This document shows positions 54,930 through 64,000 of a DNA stretch of 64,000 nt, piece after piece. The notes beneath the pieces were generated by a model. The model saw nothing but the letters and a program-made list of their open reading frames with translations, was not told the origin of the DNA and made no database searches. Within the stretch, counting starts at the first letter, position 1. The number at the start of each line of letters is the position of its first letter. This DNA is from a virus (Duplodnaviria; Caudoviricetes): positions 1 to 64,000 of IMG/VR virus record IMGVR_UViG_3300031413_000603; one strand, 5' to 3'. Both the position numbers and the translations under genes were made by a program.

Positions 54930-55283
54930 TCAGCCTTGCTCGGAGATGGAGGCGAACGCAGCGTCAGCTTCGGCGCGAGTCACTTCAAAGCCCGCCTTGG
55001 CCTTCAGCTTCATCAAGTTGGGCTTGCCGTCGGCGGTGAAGTTGGACTTGTCGCCTTCAGCGATCATCTGACGCAGCACCTCCTGCAGTTCGAGTTGGCG
55101 GTTGTAAATCTGCGTGCGCACCTCGGCCGTGCCGCCATCTACCAGCACCGCCCCACGGGCAATGGCCTGGCGGTGGAACATGGTGGGCACCTCGGTGCCT
55201 GCTTCGTCGGCAGCGATCACGAGGGTATGACCGCTGGTCAGCGCAACATGCAAATCAAGTTCAGTGGGGGAGCGGAATTTCAT
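54930..55283 (-). CDS. Head-completion-region hypothetical protein
   Basis: 117 aa, ATG 55283; FTADGKP motif. Confidence 0.7.
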   Translation of the reverse strand: MKFRSPTELDLHVALTSGHTLVIAADEAGTEVPTMFHRQAIARGAVLVDGGTAEVRTQIYNRQLELQEVLRQMIAEGDKSNFTADGKPNLMKLKAKAGFEVTRAEADAAFASISEQG

Positions 55284-55362
55284 GATTGTTTCCTGAGAAA
55301 AGGCCCGTCGGCACCTGGCCAACGGGCGAAAGGGCGAGTGAACGCCCGACCACTGAGAAGAC

Positions 55363-55764
55363 TCAGCCTTGGGTGAAAGCCGACCGGCCTTCAACGAAAT
55401 ACTGCACCGTCACGCGTGCCTGGCCGGCAGTGGCAGCCGCGCCGGTCTGGGCGAGCAGCGCATTGATCGCGCCTGCCACCTGGGTCTTGTAGCCAGTGAC
55501 GGTCAGCTCGGTACGGCCAGCAGCTTTCAGATCGATGGGGGTAGCGGTGTAGCGGTCATCGTCACCTGCATCGCCCAACTTCAGGGTGGCAGTGGTTGCA
55601 CTGTTCCAAGGGGTGATGACGGTCACATCACCGCCCACGACGACAGCGCCGCCTGGAAGATCAATGGCGCCCTCGGCGGTGCCGTAGGCAGTGGGATCAC
55701 CAAAGGCAATCAGCATGGTGGCCACAATAAGTTCCTGGCGGCCGGCAATTTTCTTAATGGACAT
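55363..55764 (-). CDS. Capsid decoration/cement protein
   Basis: Small beta-rich protein directly after the capsid gene. Confidence 0.7.
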   Translation of the reverse strand: MSIKKIAGRQELIVATMLIAFGDPTAYGTAEGAIDLPGGAVVVGGDVTVITPWNSATTATLKLGDAGDDDRYTATPIDLKAAGRTELTVTGYKTQVAGAINALLAQTGAAATAGQARVTVQYFVEGRSAFTQG

Positions 55765-55824
55765 GGTTTGCTCCGTGTTTCCAAATAAAGGGGAGCGAGG
55801 CCACGCGGCCCCGCTAGACCGTCA

Positions 55825-56928
55825 TCAGCCCTTCAGGTAGTGGTCGATGGACAGAACGCCAAAATCCTCGACGGACTTGTCGTAGATGGAATAGAACTCA
55901 GGCTTGAGCAGGCCCAGGATCTTGTCGATGTTCAGACCTACCTTGTTGTCGTAGTCGAACAGCTTTTCCACCCAGTCGCCAGGGCCGAGGTCGGCCATGG
56001 CCAGCGCTTGGGAACCGCACAGCAGCGTACGGGTGCCGTTGACGTTGCCGCCTGCACCCCACTTGGAGCCAGTTGCAGCGCCCAGGGTGCTGTACACCAG
56101 GTTGTGCTCATGGATCACGGCACCGTCCACGGTCACGGTCGCACCGGTGAACCATGGAGAGTCCATGCCCGACTTGGTGGCCACGGCGACCACTGCGCGC
56201 TGATAGTCGGGGTCCTTCTTCAGCTCAGCCAGGGTGCCTGGCTGCACGAAGATGACGTAGTACGCCTTGCCGTTCTTCATCAGCGGCTTGACGCGATGAG
56301 TCTTTGCATAGGCCACGGCATCCACAATCATTCCGTACTTGGGCACGAAAGCATTGGTGATACTGCTGGTGTTAGAGACCTGCAGCGAAGAGCCGTCCCA
56401 CATCAGCGAACGCTTGGGGGAAGGTGGGCGCACGTCGCCGGCAAAGGCCAGGCTTGGGAACACCGAGCCGATGCGTGGGGAGCCATCGTTATTGAAGGCG
56501 TAGCTGATGCCCGACAGGGTCAGAAAGCCCAGCTGATCGCAACGGTTGCCCAACCAGTAGGCCAGCTTGTCGCGGCCCTGCTCACGGAAGTTGAGCACCG
56601 TGCGCTGATCGGACATCTTGCCCTTGTTCTTCACACCGTGGCTGAGCTGGTCGATGGCGATGATCTGCGAATGGTTGTCCATCGCTTCTTCATTGCCCTC
56701 GCGCTCGTTATCGCCTGCGACGCCGTCACCCACCAGGTCGGCAACCAATTGGAAAATGGCGCCCCCGCCCTTCTCCGATTTGTTCATCTCTTTGATGATG
56801 TGCACCACGTTATTGGCGTCTTTGCCCGAGAAGTTCTTCAAGAACATCTGGTCGCGGGCGGCGCTCCAGGTCTCGCGGGCCCAGCAAATCTTCTCCATGG
56901 GGGTCAATGCTGCAAAATTCGTTTCCAT
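55825..56928 (-). CDS. Major capsid protein (N4-gp56 / DUF4043 type)
   Basis: LVGDGVAGDNEREGNEE, IDQL.HGV, YV.FV.P...EL..D motifs; GGAG SD before ATG 56928. Confidence 0.9.
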   Translation of the reverse strand: METNFAALTPMEKICWARETWSAARDQMFLKNFSGKDANNVVHIIKEMNKSEKGGGAIFQLVADLVGDGVAGDNEREGNEEAMDNHSQIIAIDQLSHGVKNKGKMSDQRTVLNFREQGRDKLAYWLGNRCDQLGFLTLSGISYAFNNDGSPRIGSVFPSLAFAGDVRPPSPKRSLMWDGSSLQVSNTSSITNAFVPKYGMIVDAVAYAKTHRVKPLMKNGKAYYVIFVQPGTLAELKKDPDYQRAVVAVATKSGMDSPWFTGATVTVDGAVIHEHNLVYSTLGAATGSKWGAGGNVNGTRTLLCGSQALAMADLGPGDWVEKLFDYDNKVGLNIDKILGLLKPEFYSIYDKSVEDFGVLSIDHYLKG

Positions 56929-57094
56929 GTCATGCTCCAAAAATTGACGATTACTTGTCGGGACATGACGCCGCCCATTGCGAAAACATGGCATGGGTGG
57001 CCAAGAGCACCAGCCTGTTTAACGCCCAGCCAGGGCGACAACCCGTTGTTTTGCGGCTGCAAGGTGGGTGAGACCCTGCAGCCGATTGCGCGCT

Positions 57095-58099
57095 TTAGAC
57101 GAGATCGCCACGCAATTTCTTGCGCTCTGCTTCGGGCAAGGCTTCGTATTCCTCATCCGTCAGCTTGGCTCCATCGATCAGAGGCGCTGTCGCTCGGTTG
57201 CCCATGCCTGCCTGCAGTTGTGCTGGCTGAAGCTGGGAATCCTGTGCGCCGCGCTCATTCGCTCGCTGTACCCGCATATCAACATGCCCTGCAGGGGGCT
57301 GTACACCCCTAGAGGGGGCAGAGGCTGGAGCAAAACGTGGAGCAATCGAGTTCACAGCTTCGTCCAATGCCTGTGCTTGCGACGCGCCTCTATTCACCTT
57401 CATGATCACCGACGCCTCAATCAGGTCCATTGCCTCAACACCTTCGGGGCCCTCAAGCCAGGGGTAGCTTTGCAGCAAGGTGTCGATCGTCTTGTATGCC
57501 GCAGCGGTTTGCTGCTGGGCTGCCGTCTCATGGGCAAATCGTGAGTAAGCGGCGTCCTGAAGAACACCGTTGATCTCCATGCGCAGCTTGGTCGCGGCCT
57601 TGGTGTCACCGTCCAGCACCAACTGCAGATAGCGCTCCTCGGCCGCTTCAATGTTGTACGGTTCAGGTGCGGCCTGTTGTGCCTGCTGTTGAGGCTGTGC
57701 CGGTGCTGCACCTGGTGTCGGCTGAGCGCTGGCCAGCTTGGCGCGCAGCTGCTCCACCTCGGTCTCCAATGCCTTGCGTTGGTTGAGCACCTCATTGAAG
57801 CGCACGCGGGGGATGCCTCCGCCGGTGGTGCCAGCAGCATCGGATTCTTCCGCCCCTGCCGGCTGAGCGCCTGGCGTCTGCTGCTGGCCGTCGCCGGAGG
57901 CCACGGCCGCTAGTGCCTCAGGGTCGACAGCGCCGCGTGCGTCATCGCCACGCAGCCGGGCGCGCTCTTCCGCGCTCTTCTGCATGTAGTCTTCGTCTTC
58001 GTCCAGCACCTCCACCGCAGTGGCAGTGCCGCCGGCATCAGAGCCGTCATCACCGGCTTCGTTCAGGCGCTTCATCATGTTGATCAGTAGCATGTTCAT
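57095..58099 (-). CDS. Scaffolding protein
   Basis: Acidic/helical, IPRVRFNEV motif, C-terminal EEYEALPEAERKKLRGD. Confidence 0.85.
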   Translation of the reverse strand: MNMLLINMMKRLNEAGDDGSDAGGTATAVEVLDEDEDYMQKSAEERARLRGDDARGAVDPEALAAVASGDGQQQTPGAQPAGAEESDAAGTTGGGIPRVRFNEVLNQRKALETEVEQLRAKLASAQPTPGAAPAQPQQQAQQAAPEPYNIEAAEERYLQLVLDGDTKAATKLRMEINGVLQDAAYSRFAHETAAQQQTAAAYKTIDTLLQSYPWLEGPEGVEAMDLIEASVIMKVNRGASQAQALDEAVNSIAPRFAPASAPSRGVQPPAGHVDMRVQRANERGAQDSQLQPAQLQAGMGNRATAPLIDGAKLTDEEYEALPEAERKKLRGDLV

Positions 58100-58122
58100 G
58101 GTTTCTTCCTCGCAGTGGTTGG

Positions 58123-60225
58123 TTAAGCGTTTCCACGGACGCCATCAGCGCCGAGGGTCTCTATCCCTGCCTCTTGCCCAAGGGCTGGGCTGGCTGGGGT
58201 CATGGGATTGGTGTTACTGGGCAGGTCAACGCTGGGGAGCGGGCCTGGCAGTTGCGGCACGATGGGTGCAGCGTCATGGTCCACCGCGCCTGCCGAACGC
58301 AGCAGGCCGTCTGCAAGCGTTGCGGTCTCTGGCGTTTGGGCGATGACCTGCGCCGTCTGCACAGCGCTGTATTGGCTCTTGACCTGCGTATCTGTTGCTC
58401 GCACATCAGCCTGGCGGGCCTGGGCGTCCAGCAGGCGCACACGCGCATCAACCACGGGGTCGGCCGGGGGCTTGTTACCCTCGATGGACGCCAGGATCTC
58501 TTGCTTGTCAGCCAAGTTGGAATAGCGCACCAGCACGGCTGGGGGGATAGGAGCCCCGGCCTTCATCATCTCCAGCGCTTGCTGGAACTGGCTGTTCTGG
58601 AAGGTCACCTGCATCGGCTGCTCGGAGATCACCACGTCATAGGTGCCCACCGTCACGTCATTGAAGTAGCCGCCCGTCATCGGATCAAAGCGGTTGATCT
58701 CCAGCGCCTGCTCCACCTTCTTGCCCGTCATCGGGTCGGTCTCGGTGATACGAAATACCCGGTAGCTGTCGTAGTAGCGCTGGATGAGCTTCAGGATGCG
58801 GACGGCCAGCAGGTGGCGGGTATAGGCCAGGTTGTCCAGTGGCACGGCCAGCTGCTGCTGGCTGGCGAACTGCTTGGACTGGATGGCAATGCCCGAGACC
58901 TCCGGGCCTTGGCTGCCACGCATGGCGTCAGGCACCGTCACATCCTTGAGCGCCTTATCTGCGCGGTCGATGATCTTGTCGATGCCGGTGGGCACCTGGT
59001 TCGGCTGGATCTTCTGAGGCGCCGCGCTGCCCTTCTTGTACTCCACCACAAGGCCGGTCTTGGCGCCCTGCTCCTGCAGCTGCTCCAGCGTCATGTTGGC
59101 TAGGGAGTCTTCTTGCACGATCCAGCCGCTGTTAGCGGAGGTGTTGACGATGTGGACGTACTGGCTCACAGCCTTGTTCAGCGCCTCTTGCGGGCCCATG
59201 GCGTCATCCACCATGCCCACGGTCTGGCCGCGCCGGAAGTATGCGAAATACGGCACCACGGTGTAATGCTCGTAGGGGCTGTAGGTGTTATGCAGGGTGG
59301 CCGTGTATGTGGTCACAGTCCATTTGATGCGGCGCTTCATGCGCTTGGCACGCACCGCGCCGTTGGCCAGGGCATCGGTAATAGAGTCGGCCGCCATGGT
59401 GGCCTCCACCTGCACATCTCCCGAGGCTGGCCAGACCAGACACTGAGTGAACTCGTAGACAAAGCGCTGGCGGTCAATGATGCGATAACGCTCCAGGCCG
59501 TCATCCTTTTGGGCCATGGCATCCGTCCAGCCGGTGCGGTCGCGGCTGCCGAACTTGCTGCGTGGCACTTCATCATCGAGGTCACCAAAGTCGCGGCCAC
59601 CGTCGTTGCTCTCTTCGGCTGCCTTCCTTGCGGCCTTGCCGTACAGCTGCTCAATCTCGTCCAGCGTCAACCAGCGGGTGATGATCACATCGCCCCATTG
59701 GTCTGGGTCATAAGACTTGCTGTCAGGGTCTGGGACAACGTCCAGCGGGTCGAGCGTACCGATGACAATCTCGCCCTGGATGTTCTTGTCGAAGTCCATG
59801 CGCAGCTCGTAGTAGCCGCGCTGCTGGATCAGGCCATCCGAGAATGCCTGCGTCTCGTGCCAGTGCAGGTTGCACATGTCGGCCACCTGCATCGTCACCT
59901 TGGACAGGATCGTTGCGGTGTTCAGGTCCGCGTCTCCGCCCCGTGGCTTGAAGGCGATATCGGCGCGGTTGTGGATCTGGTAGCCAATGGCGGAATTCAC
60001 CGACGGCTTGATCTGGTTGAACTCGTAGGCAGGCCGGCGCTCGCGTTGCAGTTGCGCCTTTTGCGCCGCCGTCCACTGCCGGCCGCCGCCCAGGTACATC
60101 TCCTCGCAACGGATGGCATGCGGCATGTAATCTAGGTGGCCGCGCACCTTGCCATACTCGTAGCGCTGCCAATTTTCACGGGCAGTCGAGTCGCTGGGGG
60201 AGTAGATGACGTCGAGGTTTGTCAT
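58123..60225 (-). CDS. Portal protein (P22-like, about 700 aa)
   Basis: Y.GG.QW...RP...NQIKP.V; G+VDD..GPQ..LNK; SG.AI..KQ. Confidence 0.9.
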   Translation of the reverse strand: MTNLDVIYSPSDSTARENWQRYEYGKVRGHLDYMPHAIRCEEMYLGGGRQWTAAQKAQLQRERRPAYEFNQIKPSVNSAIGYQIHNRADIAFKPRGGDADLNTATILSKVTMQVADMCNLHWHETQAFSDGLIQQRGYYELRMDFDKNIQGEIVIGTLDPLDVVPDPDSKSYDPDQWGDVIITRWLTLDEIEQLYGKAARKAAEESNDGGRDFGDLDDEVPRSKFGSRDRTGWTDAMAQKDDGLERYRIIDRQRFVYEFTQCLVWPASGDVQVEATMAADSITDALANGAVRAKRMKRRIKWTVTTYTATLHNTYSPYEHYTVVPYFAYFRRGQTVGMVDDAMGPQEALNKAVSQYVHIVNTSANSGWIVQEDSLANMTLEQLQEQGAKTGLVVEYKKGSAAPQKIQPNQVPTGIDKIIDRADKALKDVTVPDAMRGSQGPEVSGIAIQSKQFASQQQLAVPLDNLAYTRHLLAVRILKLIQRYYDSYRVFRITETDPMTGKKVEQALEINRFDPMTGGYFNDVTVGTYDVVISEQPMQVTFQNSQFQQALEMMKAGAPIPPAVLVRYSNLADKQEILASIEGNKPPADPVVDARVRLLDAQARQADVRATDTQVKSQYSAVQTAQVIAQTPETATLADGLLRSAGAVDHDAAPIVPQLPGPLPSVDLPSNTNPMTPASPALGQEAGIETLGADGVRGNA

Positions 60226-60227
60226 GG

Positions 60228-61799
60228 TCAGGATGTGGCTTGGTCCCAATGGCCAGCACGCGAGCTGAGGCTGTCTCTCCAGCTGGGCTTGGTCGGCTTG
60301 GTACGGGGTAATGGCATATCGCCAACGAAGGTCATGGCAACGCTGTCGCCCTTGTCGGGGCTGCGGCCGAGCGCCTTGCGGATGTCGTCTTTGCTGCTGA
60401 TCTGGATGGCAGCACCCTTGCCCATGGTCACCACCTTGTACTGGGGCGCTGTCAGGTCTCCCAGCAGCTCTTGGTCAGGGGGTAGAGCAATGGGGTCTGG
60501 GCCGGTGGGGTCCAGCGCTTCACGCAGCAGCCAGTACATCTCAGCGCGCTTGTTGCGGAAGTGCAGCTGCCCGGCCTTGTCCATGAGACTGCTAGCCTCT
60601 GAGCCCACGACGGGATGCACATGGAGGTTGAGGCCCACCAGGAAATCGAGGGCGCTGGAGCCGATGCCGATGCTATCGACGGCAATAGGCGCACCATCAC
60701 GCACCAGGGGCGTAACGAACCCGGCAGCCGTGGGGCCGTCCTTGGTCACGACACCTGGAGCGGTCACCACCTTGTCAAACCAGCGGTCATGCCGGCGTGC
60801 CACAGAGGATTTATCCTGGCCGCCACGGGATGGATCGAAGCCAAGGGAGGTCATTGGCCCCTTCTGTTCGCGATCCTTCCAGCGGGCCTGCGCAGCCTTC
60901 ACCCACTCGGTAGGGATCAGCTGCCAGACAGGGTCCTCTGCGCCTGCGTTGAAGTCGCCCTTGAGCATCTTGGAGCGAAGCGGCTCGGGCAGGGCCTGCA
61001 GCTTGGCCTTGTAGCCCGTGGTCATCAGGAACAGGTTGTCGTTGACGCTAGACGGGATGAAAGTGCGGCTCAGCGGCTGCACCATGTCTCCGCCCATCGC
61101 AATGGGCTCTGGCCCTGGAACCTCTTGGTCCTCGCCCTTTTCGTCGGTAATGTACCAGCGCAGCTCACCTGGCTTAGCTGGGTTGGGGTGCATAGGGTCG
61201 AGCCACGCCGCCCAGTAACGCTTGACCCATTCGCCCTCTGCAGTCGTAGGCGGGTTGCCAGCACAGACCACACGCTGACGCACTTTTGGGTTGTCGGTGC
61301 GTAGCCAGCCCATCAGCATGCGGAACTGCAGCTCTGTGAAGTGGCAGATTTCATCGAACAGCTTGGCGTCGTGTTCGCGGCCCTGGTACTTGATCCAGTC
61401 GCCCGGCTCTTTGACGCTGCCCAGCTCCATCACCCGGCCGCCTGGTAGGCGCCAAACGCCATCTTGGCTGTTGTAGCCCTTGCGCGTGCCAAGGATCTTG
61501 GTCATGCGCTCTTCGATGCCGACCAGCTGCACCGCCTCGCGCCGGAAGATGATGCTGTGCTCTTGCTCTGTGGTGGCCAGGCCAAGCAGCAAGTCGGTCT
61601 TGCCGCCGCCGGCTGAGCCGCCGTAGAAGATGATGTCGGCGGGGCTGTGAAAGGCTGAGTGCTGTGGCCCGGCCTGGGGAACCCAGATGGCAGGGTCAGC
61701 TAAACGCAAAAATGCGTCCAGCTGCTCCCGCTGGGCAGCGGGCAGGTTCTTGAGCCGCGCCACGAGGTCTGCCGAGGTAGGCATAGGCTTGCGCATCAT
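60228..61799 (-). CDS. terL: Terminase large subunit
   Basis: YGGSAGGGKT, FDEICHF, GNPP, GFDPSRGG.D, GRSPDKGDS. Confidence 0.93.
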   Translation of the reverse strand: MMRKPMPTSADLVARLKNLPAAQREQLDAFLRLADPAIWVPQAGPQHSAFHSPADIIFYGGSAGGGKTDLLLGLATTEQEHSIIFRREAVQLVGIEERMTKILGTRKGYNSQDGVWRLPGGRVMELGSVKEPGDWIKYQGREHDAKLFDEICHFTELQFRMLMGWLRTDNPKVRQRVVCAGNPPTTAEGEWVKRYWAAWLDPMHPNPAKPGELRWYITDEKGEDQEVPGPEPIAMGGDMVQPLSRTFIPSSVNDNLFLMTTGYKAKLQALPEPLRSKMLKGDFNAGAEDPVWQLIPTEWVKAAQARWKDREQKGPMTSLGFDPSRGGQDKSSVARRHDRWFDKVVTAPGVVTKDGPTAAGFVTPLVRDGAPIAVDSIGIGSSALDFLVGLNLHVHPVVGSEASSLMDKAGQLHFRNKRAEMYWLLREALDPTGPDPIALPPDQELLGDLTAPQYKVVTMGKGAAIQISSKDDIRKALGRSPDKGDSVAMTFVGDMPLPRTKPTKPSWRDSLSSRAGHWDQATS

Positions 61800-62773
61800 G
61801 CTTCGCCTCCTTGTCCCAACACGCCGCCCAGCACCCCCAGCATTGCCGGGTTGTCAGCCAGCATGCGCTCAATGCGCACAGCGCGCTCTGCATCCGTCAT
61901 GGTGCGCAGCGACAGCGGGTCGGACTTTTGGTAGTTGTCGCTCGCGTAAATTCCGAGGTGGCGGCAGAGCTTGTCCAGCACATCCAGCTGGTTGTGCATC
62001 TGGATCTCCACCCCGAACTTGGTTTGCTTGGCGCCGCAGTACAGCAGGCGGGCCGCCGGGCTCAGGTCTCGCGTGTCTTTCAGCACCACCCGTGATTCAC
62101 CATCACCCGCGCAATGCGGGCAGGTTTCCACGGGAGGTAGCGCCAGGCTGAATCCAGCACCGCCCTTTTCGTTGAAGTGCTGGGGGTCCTTGCCTTGGCG
62201 CTCCCAGTCTTCCCGGTCCGCTTCCATCTCGTGATCGCTTCGCTGGTACTTGTGGCCCACGCCGTAGCAGAAGCGGCAGCAGCTGACCTTGTTCTGCACC
62301 AGCTCTCGCGGGTCGGCCATGGCGATGGTGGCCAGCTTCTGGATGACGCGCTCTGCGTTGATCTCCAGCTTGGCTTGAAGCTTCTGCTGTGATTCCTCGA
62401 TGGCGGCCTGAATGCTAAGTTTTGCTAAGAGCTGCGCAGCCTGCTCGTTTGCTGTGCGCGCGCTGTAACCGGCCCGGATTGCAGCCTGGGTGCCGTTCAG
62501 GTCCACCAGATACTCTTGGACGAAGCGCTGGTGGCGTGGGTCCAGAGCGGCCATCTTGGCGGTTACCGGCTTTTCCTTCTCCGGCCGGGTCCAGCCTTCC
62601 TTGCGTGCGCGCTTGCCGATGGCGGCATGGGTTACGCCGAAGGTCTTGCCGATCTCCCGCAGAGGTTCATTGGTGGTGGTGAAGGCGTGTTGAATCCCAG
62701 CCCAATCTGTAGGCTGAGCAGCGGTGCCCGTGTTGGGCGCTGAAGATGGCTTTTGAGGTTGTCCGGTTTCCAC
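61796..62773 (-). CDS. terS: Terminase small subunit with Zn-finger insert
   Basis: FVQEYLVDLNGTQAAIRAGYS; CCRFCYG...CPHCAGDG. Confidence 0.9.
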   Translation of the reverse strand: METGQPQKPSSAPNTGTAAQPTDWAGIQHAFTTTNEPLREIGKTFGVTHAAIGKRARKEGWTRPEKEKPVTAKMAALDPRHQRFVQEYLVDLNGTQAAIRAGYSARTANEQAAQLLAKLSIQAAIEESQQKLQAKLEINAERVIQKLATIAMADPRELVQNKVSCCRFCYGVGHKYQRSDHEMEADREDWERQGKDPQHFNEKGGAGFSLALPPVETCPHCAGDGESRVVLKDTRDLSPAARLLYCGAKQTKFGVEIQMHNQLDVLDKLCRHLGIYASDNYQKSDPLSLRTMTDAERAVRIERMLADNPAMLGVLGGVLGQGGEA

Positions 62774-62863
62774 ACTTCACATGGTTACCGGCACGGGGAA
62801 AGATTGGAAACCCCACAGGGGGGCTGGCACAATGGGGCACGATTGTCCAACCTGCAATTCGGC

Positions 62864-63469
62864 ATGAACCACAACCCTAACGCTGAAGATCAATTACCTG
62901 GCAAGAAGCTGGCCCAAAGCATGAGCGAGTTCCCGCTTAAAGACGGTTTGCCGGATTTGCACCAGGCCGGAGGTATCCCTATGGGCGCAGGATCTGGAGG
63001 GGCGGCCTTGGCTGCGGGACTTAAGCGGTCTATGCTGGGAGAGCCAGCTTCCGCATCCGCCCGTATCGCCGGGGAGCTGAGTCTTTCAAAAGGAATTGAC
63101 GCAGGGGGATTTGCTGCGTATCACGCTTCAGCACGGAAACCAGCAATTGCACAGCCTGATCCACCCCTACGAAATGCTGGGACGGAGGAGGTCAGGAGAA
63201 TTCAGGAACACATTATTCGCCGTGAGCAATTGCAGAGGTTAAAGCAGGAGACACGAGCAGAGGAAGCTCTGGAGCTCCAGCGACGCGCTGTAGCCGCATC
63301 TGAAACAGCTCTTGAGGAGGAGCGAGAGCGCACTCGCGAAGCGCGGGTAGAAGCAGCTGTTCAAACCAAAGCTCGAAAAAAAGCTGATCGCCTCGCCCTG
63401 CTAGGTATTGTCGTGGGTGTAGTAGGCGCGCTTATTGGTGCGTGGCCCTACATCAAAGATCAGCTCTGA
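62864..63469 (+). CDS. Coiled-coil protein with C-terminal TM (moron, opposite strand)
   Basis: Heptad-like E/R-rich tract + LALLGIVVGVVGALIGAW; start uncertain. Confidence 0.55.
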   Translation: MNHNPNAEDQLPGKKLAQSMSEFPLKDGLPDLHQAGGIPMGAGSGGAALAAGLKRSMLGEPASASARIAGELSLSKGIDAGGFAAYHASARKPAIAQPDPPLRNAGTEEVRRIQEHIIRREQLQRLKQETRAEEALELQRRAVAASETALEEERERTREARVEAAVQTKARKKADRLALLGIVVGVVGALIGAWPYIKDQL

Positions 63470-64000
63470 TAGGCTGCAATCCCACGCTCCCTCCTGGCAT
63501 AAAACACGGATGTTCTTGTGCGGCCCAACCGCTTGGCCAGTGCTCCATCTGAGACGGTTCCAAGCAACGCCACCTCGGCCGGGCTCCAACGTTTCATGAC
63601 AAGGTGAGCAGGGATTCCGAGTTTCTCTCTCAGCTTCCGAACTTGAGGCTGGGACTTATTCAGTCGCTTAGCAACCTCAGCATCAGACGCGGTCCCTAGC
63701 AGCACCGCCATCTCCTCTGGAACCTGCGAGGGTTCTACGTAGGCCGGAATACCCCGCCTCTGGCGGTGATTCTGTATGGTCGCGGCGGCCAACCCGACCT
63801 TTTGCGCGAGCTCCGCATCCTTCATAGTGCCGAGGAGATGATCAAAAATAGGCTTTGGTGCGATTCCAGGCTCGCAGAACGTAGCAATCCCCATCCTGAG
63901 CCGGCGGACACGCACGGCTGCATGCGTTCTCCCAAGCAATGCAGCCAAATCTCGATCTTTCATCGTTCCTAGCAGTTCCACCTCATCTGCCGTCCACTTC
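63460..64000 (-). CDS. Tandem HTH-like repeat protein (5' end beyond the window)
   Basis: At least 4 repeats of LLGT..D..(L/V)A..(L/V)G...R...GI.; frame open to the window edge. Confidence 0.75.
   Translation of the reverse strand, partial: KWTADEVELLGTMKDRDLAALLGRTHAAVRVRRLRMGIATFCEPGIAPKPIFDHLLGTMKDAELAQKVGLAAATIQNHRQRRGIPAYVEPSQVPEEMAVLLGTASDAEVAKRLNKSQPQVRKLREKLGIPAHLVMKRWSPAEVALLGTVSDGALAKRLGRTRTSVFYARRERGIAAYQS

Larger units (their letters stand above)
41797..64000. mobile_element. Podovirus-type prophage integrated at tRNA-Val (continues beyond the window)
   Basis: terS-terL-portal-scaffold-capsid-adaptor-ejection gene order on the - strand, bounded by the att remnant. Confidence 0.88.

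Noticed and set aside
55840-61304. Long + strand ORFs opposite capsid, portal and terL of the second prophage
   Set aside because: Same antisense artefact.
52160-62830. Shared CCCC..GGGTT late-promoter motif upstream of terS and the PLxRFG gene
   Set aside because: Similarity is weak and the spacing to the downstream GGTA(A/T)CC differs (19 versus 14 nt).
1-64000. Mu-like phage nested inside the second prophage
   Set aside because: The att remnant and tRNA terminator at 41.7-41.8 kb place 37031-41796 outside the second element.

Overview
The window is GC-rich betaproteobacterial-type DNA (Comamonadaceae-like by gene content; inference) with three parts. (1) 1-37030 is a nearly complete transposable Mu/B3-type prophage with a non-contractile tail. 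Its late genes (lysis, terminase, portal, fused protease-scaffold-capsid, tail, com-dam) are on the - strand, its early genes (ner, transposase A, B ATPase, gemA, mor/C) are on the + strand, and a central S24 repressor separates them. One end (TG at 37030) is inserted in the last codons of a host lipocalin gene; the other end lies left of the window. (2) 37031-41796 is a short host segment: lipocalin, MgtC/SapB, CsbD, a stand-alone RNAP alpha-CTD-like protein and a serine hydrolase. (3) From a duplicated tRNA-Val 3' end (att, 41797-41820) to the window edge is a second, podovirus-type prophage. It has terS, terL, portal, scaffold, N4-gp56-type capsid, adaptor and two ejection proteins (one a 2216-aa PLxRFG polyvalent protein), but no visible nozzle, tail-fibre or lysis genes here. 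Its att-proximal accessory zone carries a Cys-His-Asp protein, a HEPN protein, phased direct repeats, a LexA-boxed operon and a dense cluster of about 11 palindromes. The strongest non-annotated signals are: (a) three identically spaced late promoters in the Mu-like phage, each with an RNA hairpin straddling the predicted start site, which would restrict translation to promoter-initiated (partly leaderless) mRNA; (b) the 500-bp palindrome array built from ParB-like gene fragments; (c) the tail-less capsid/ejection module.
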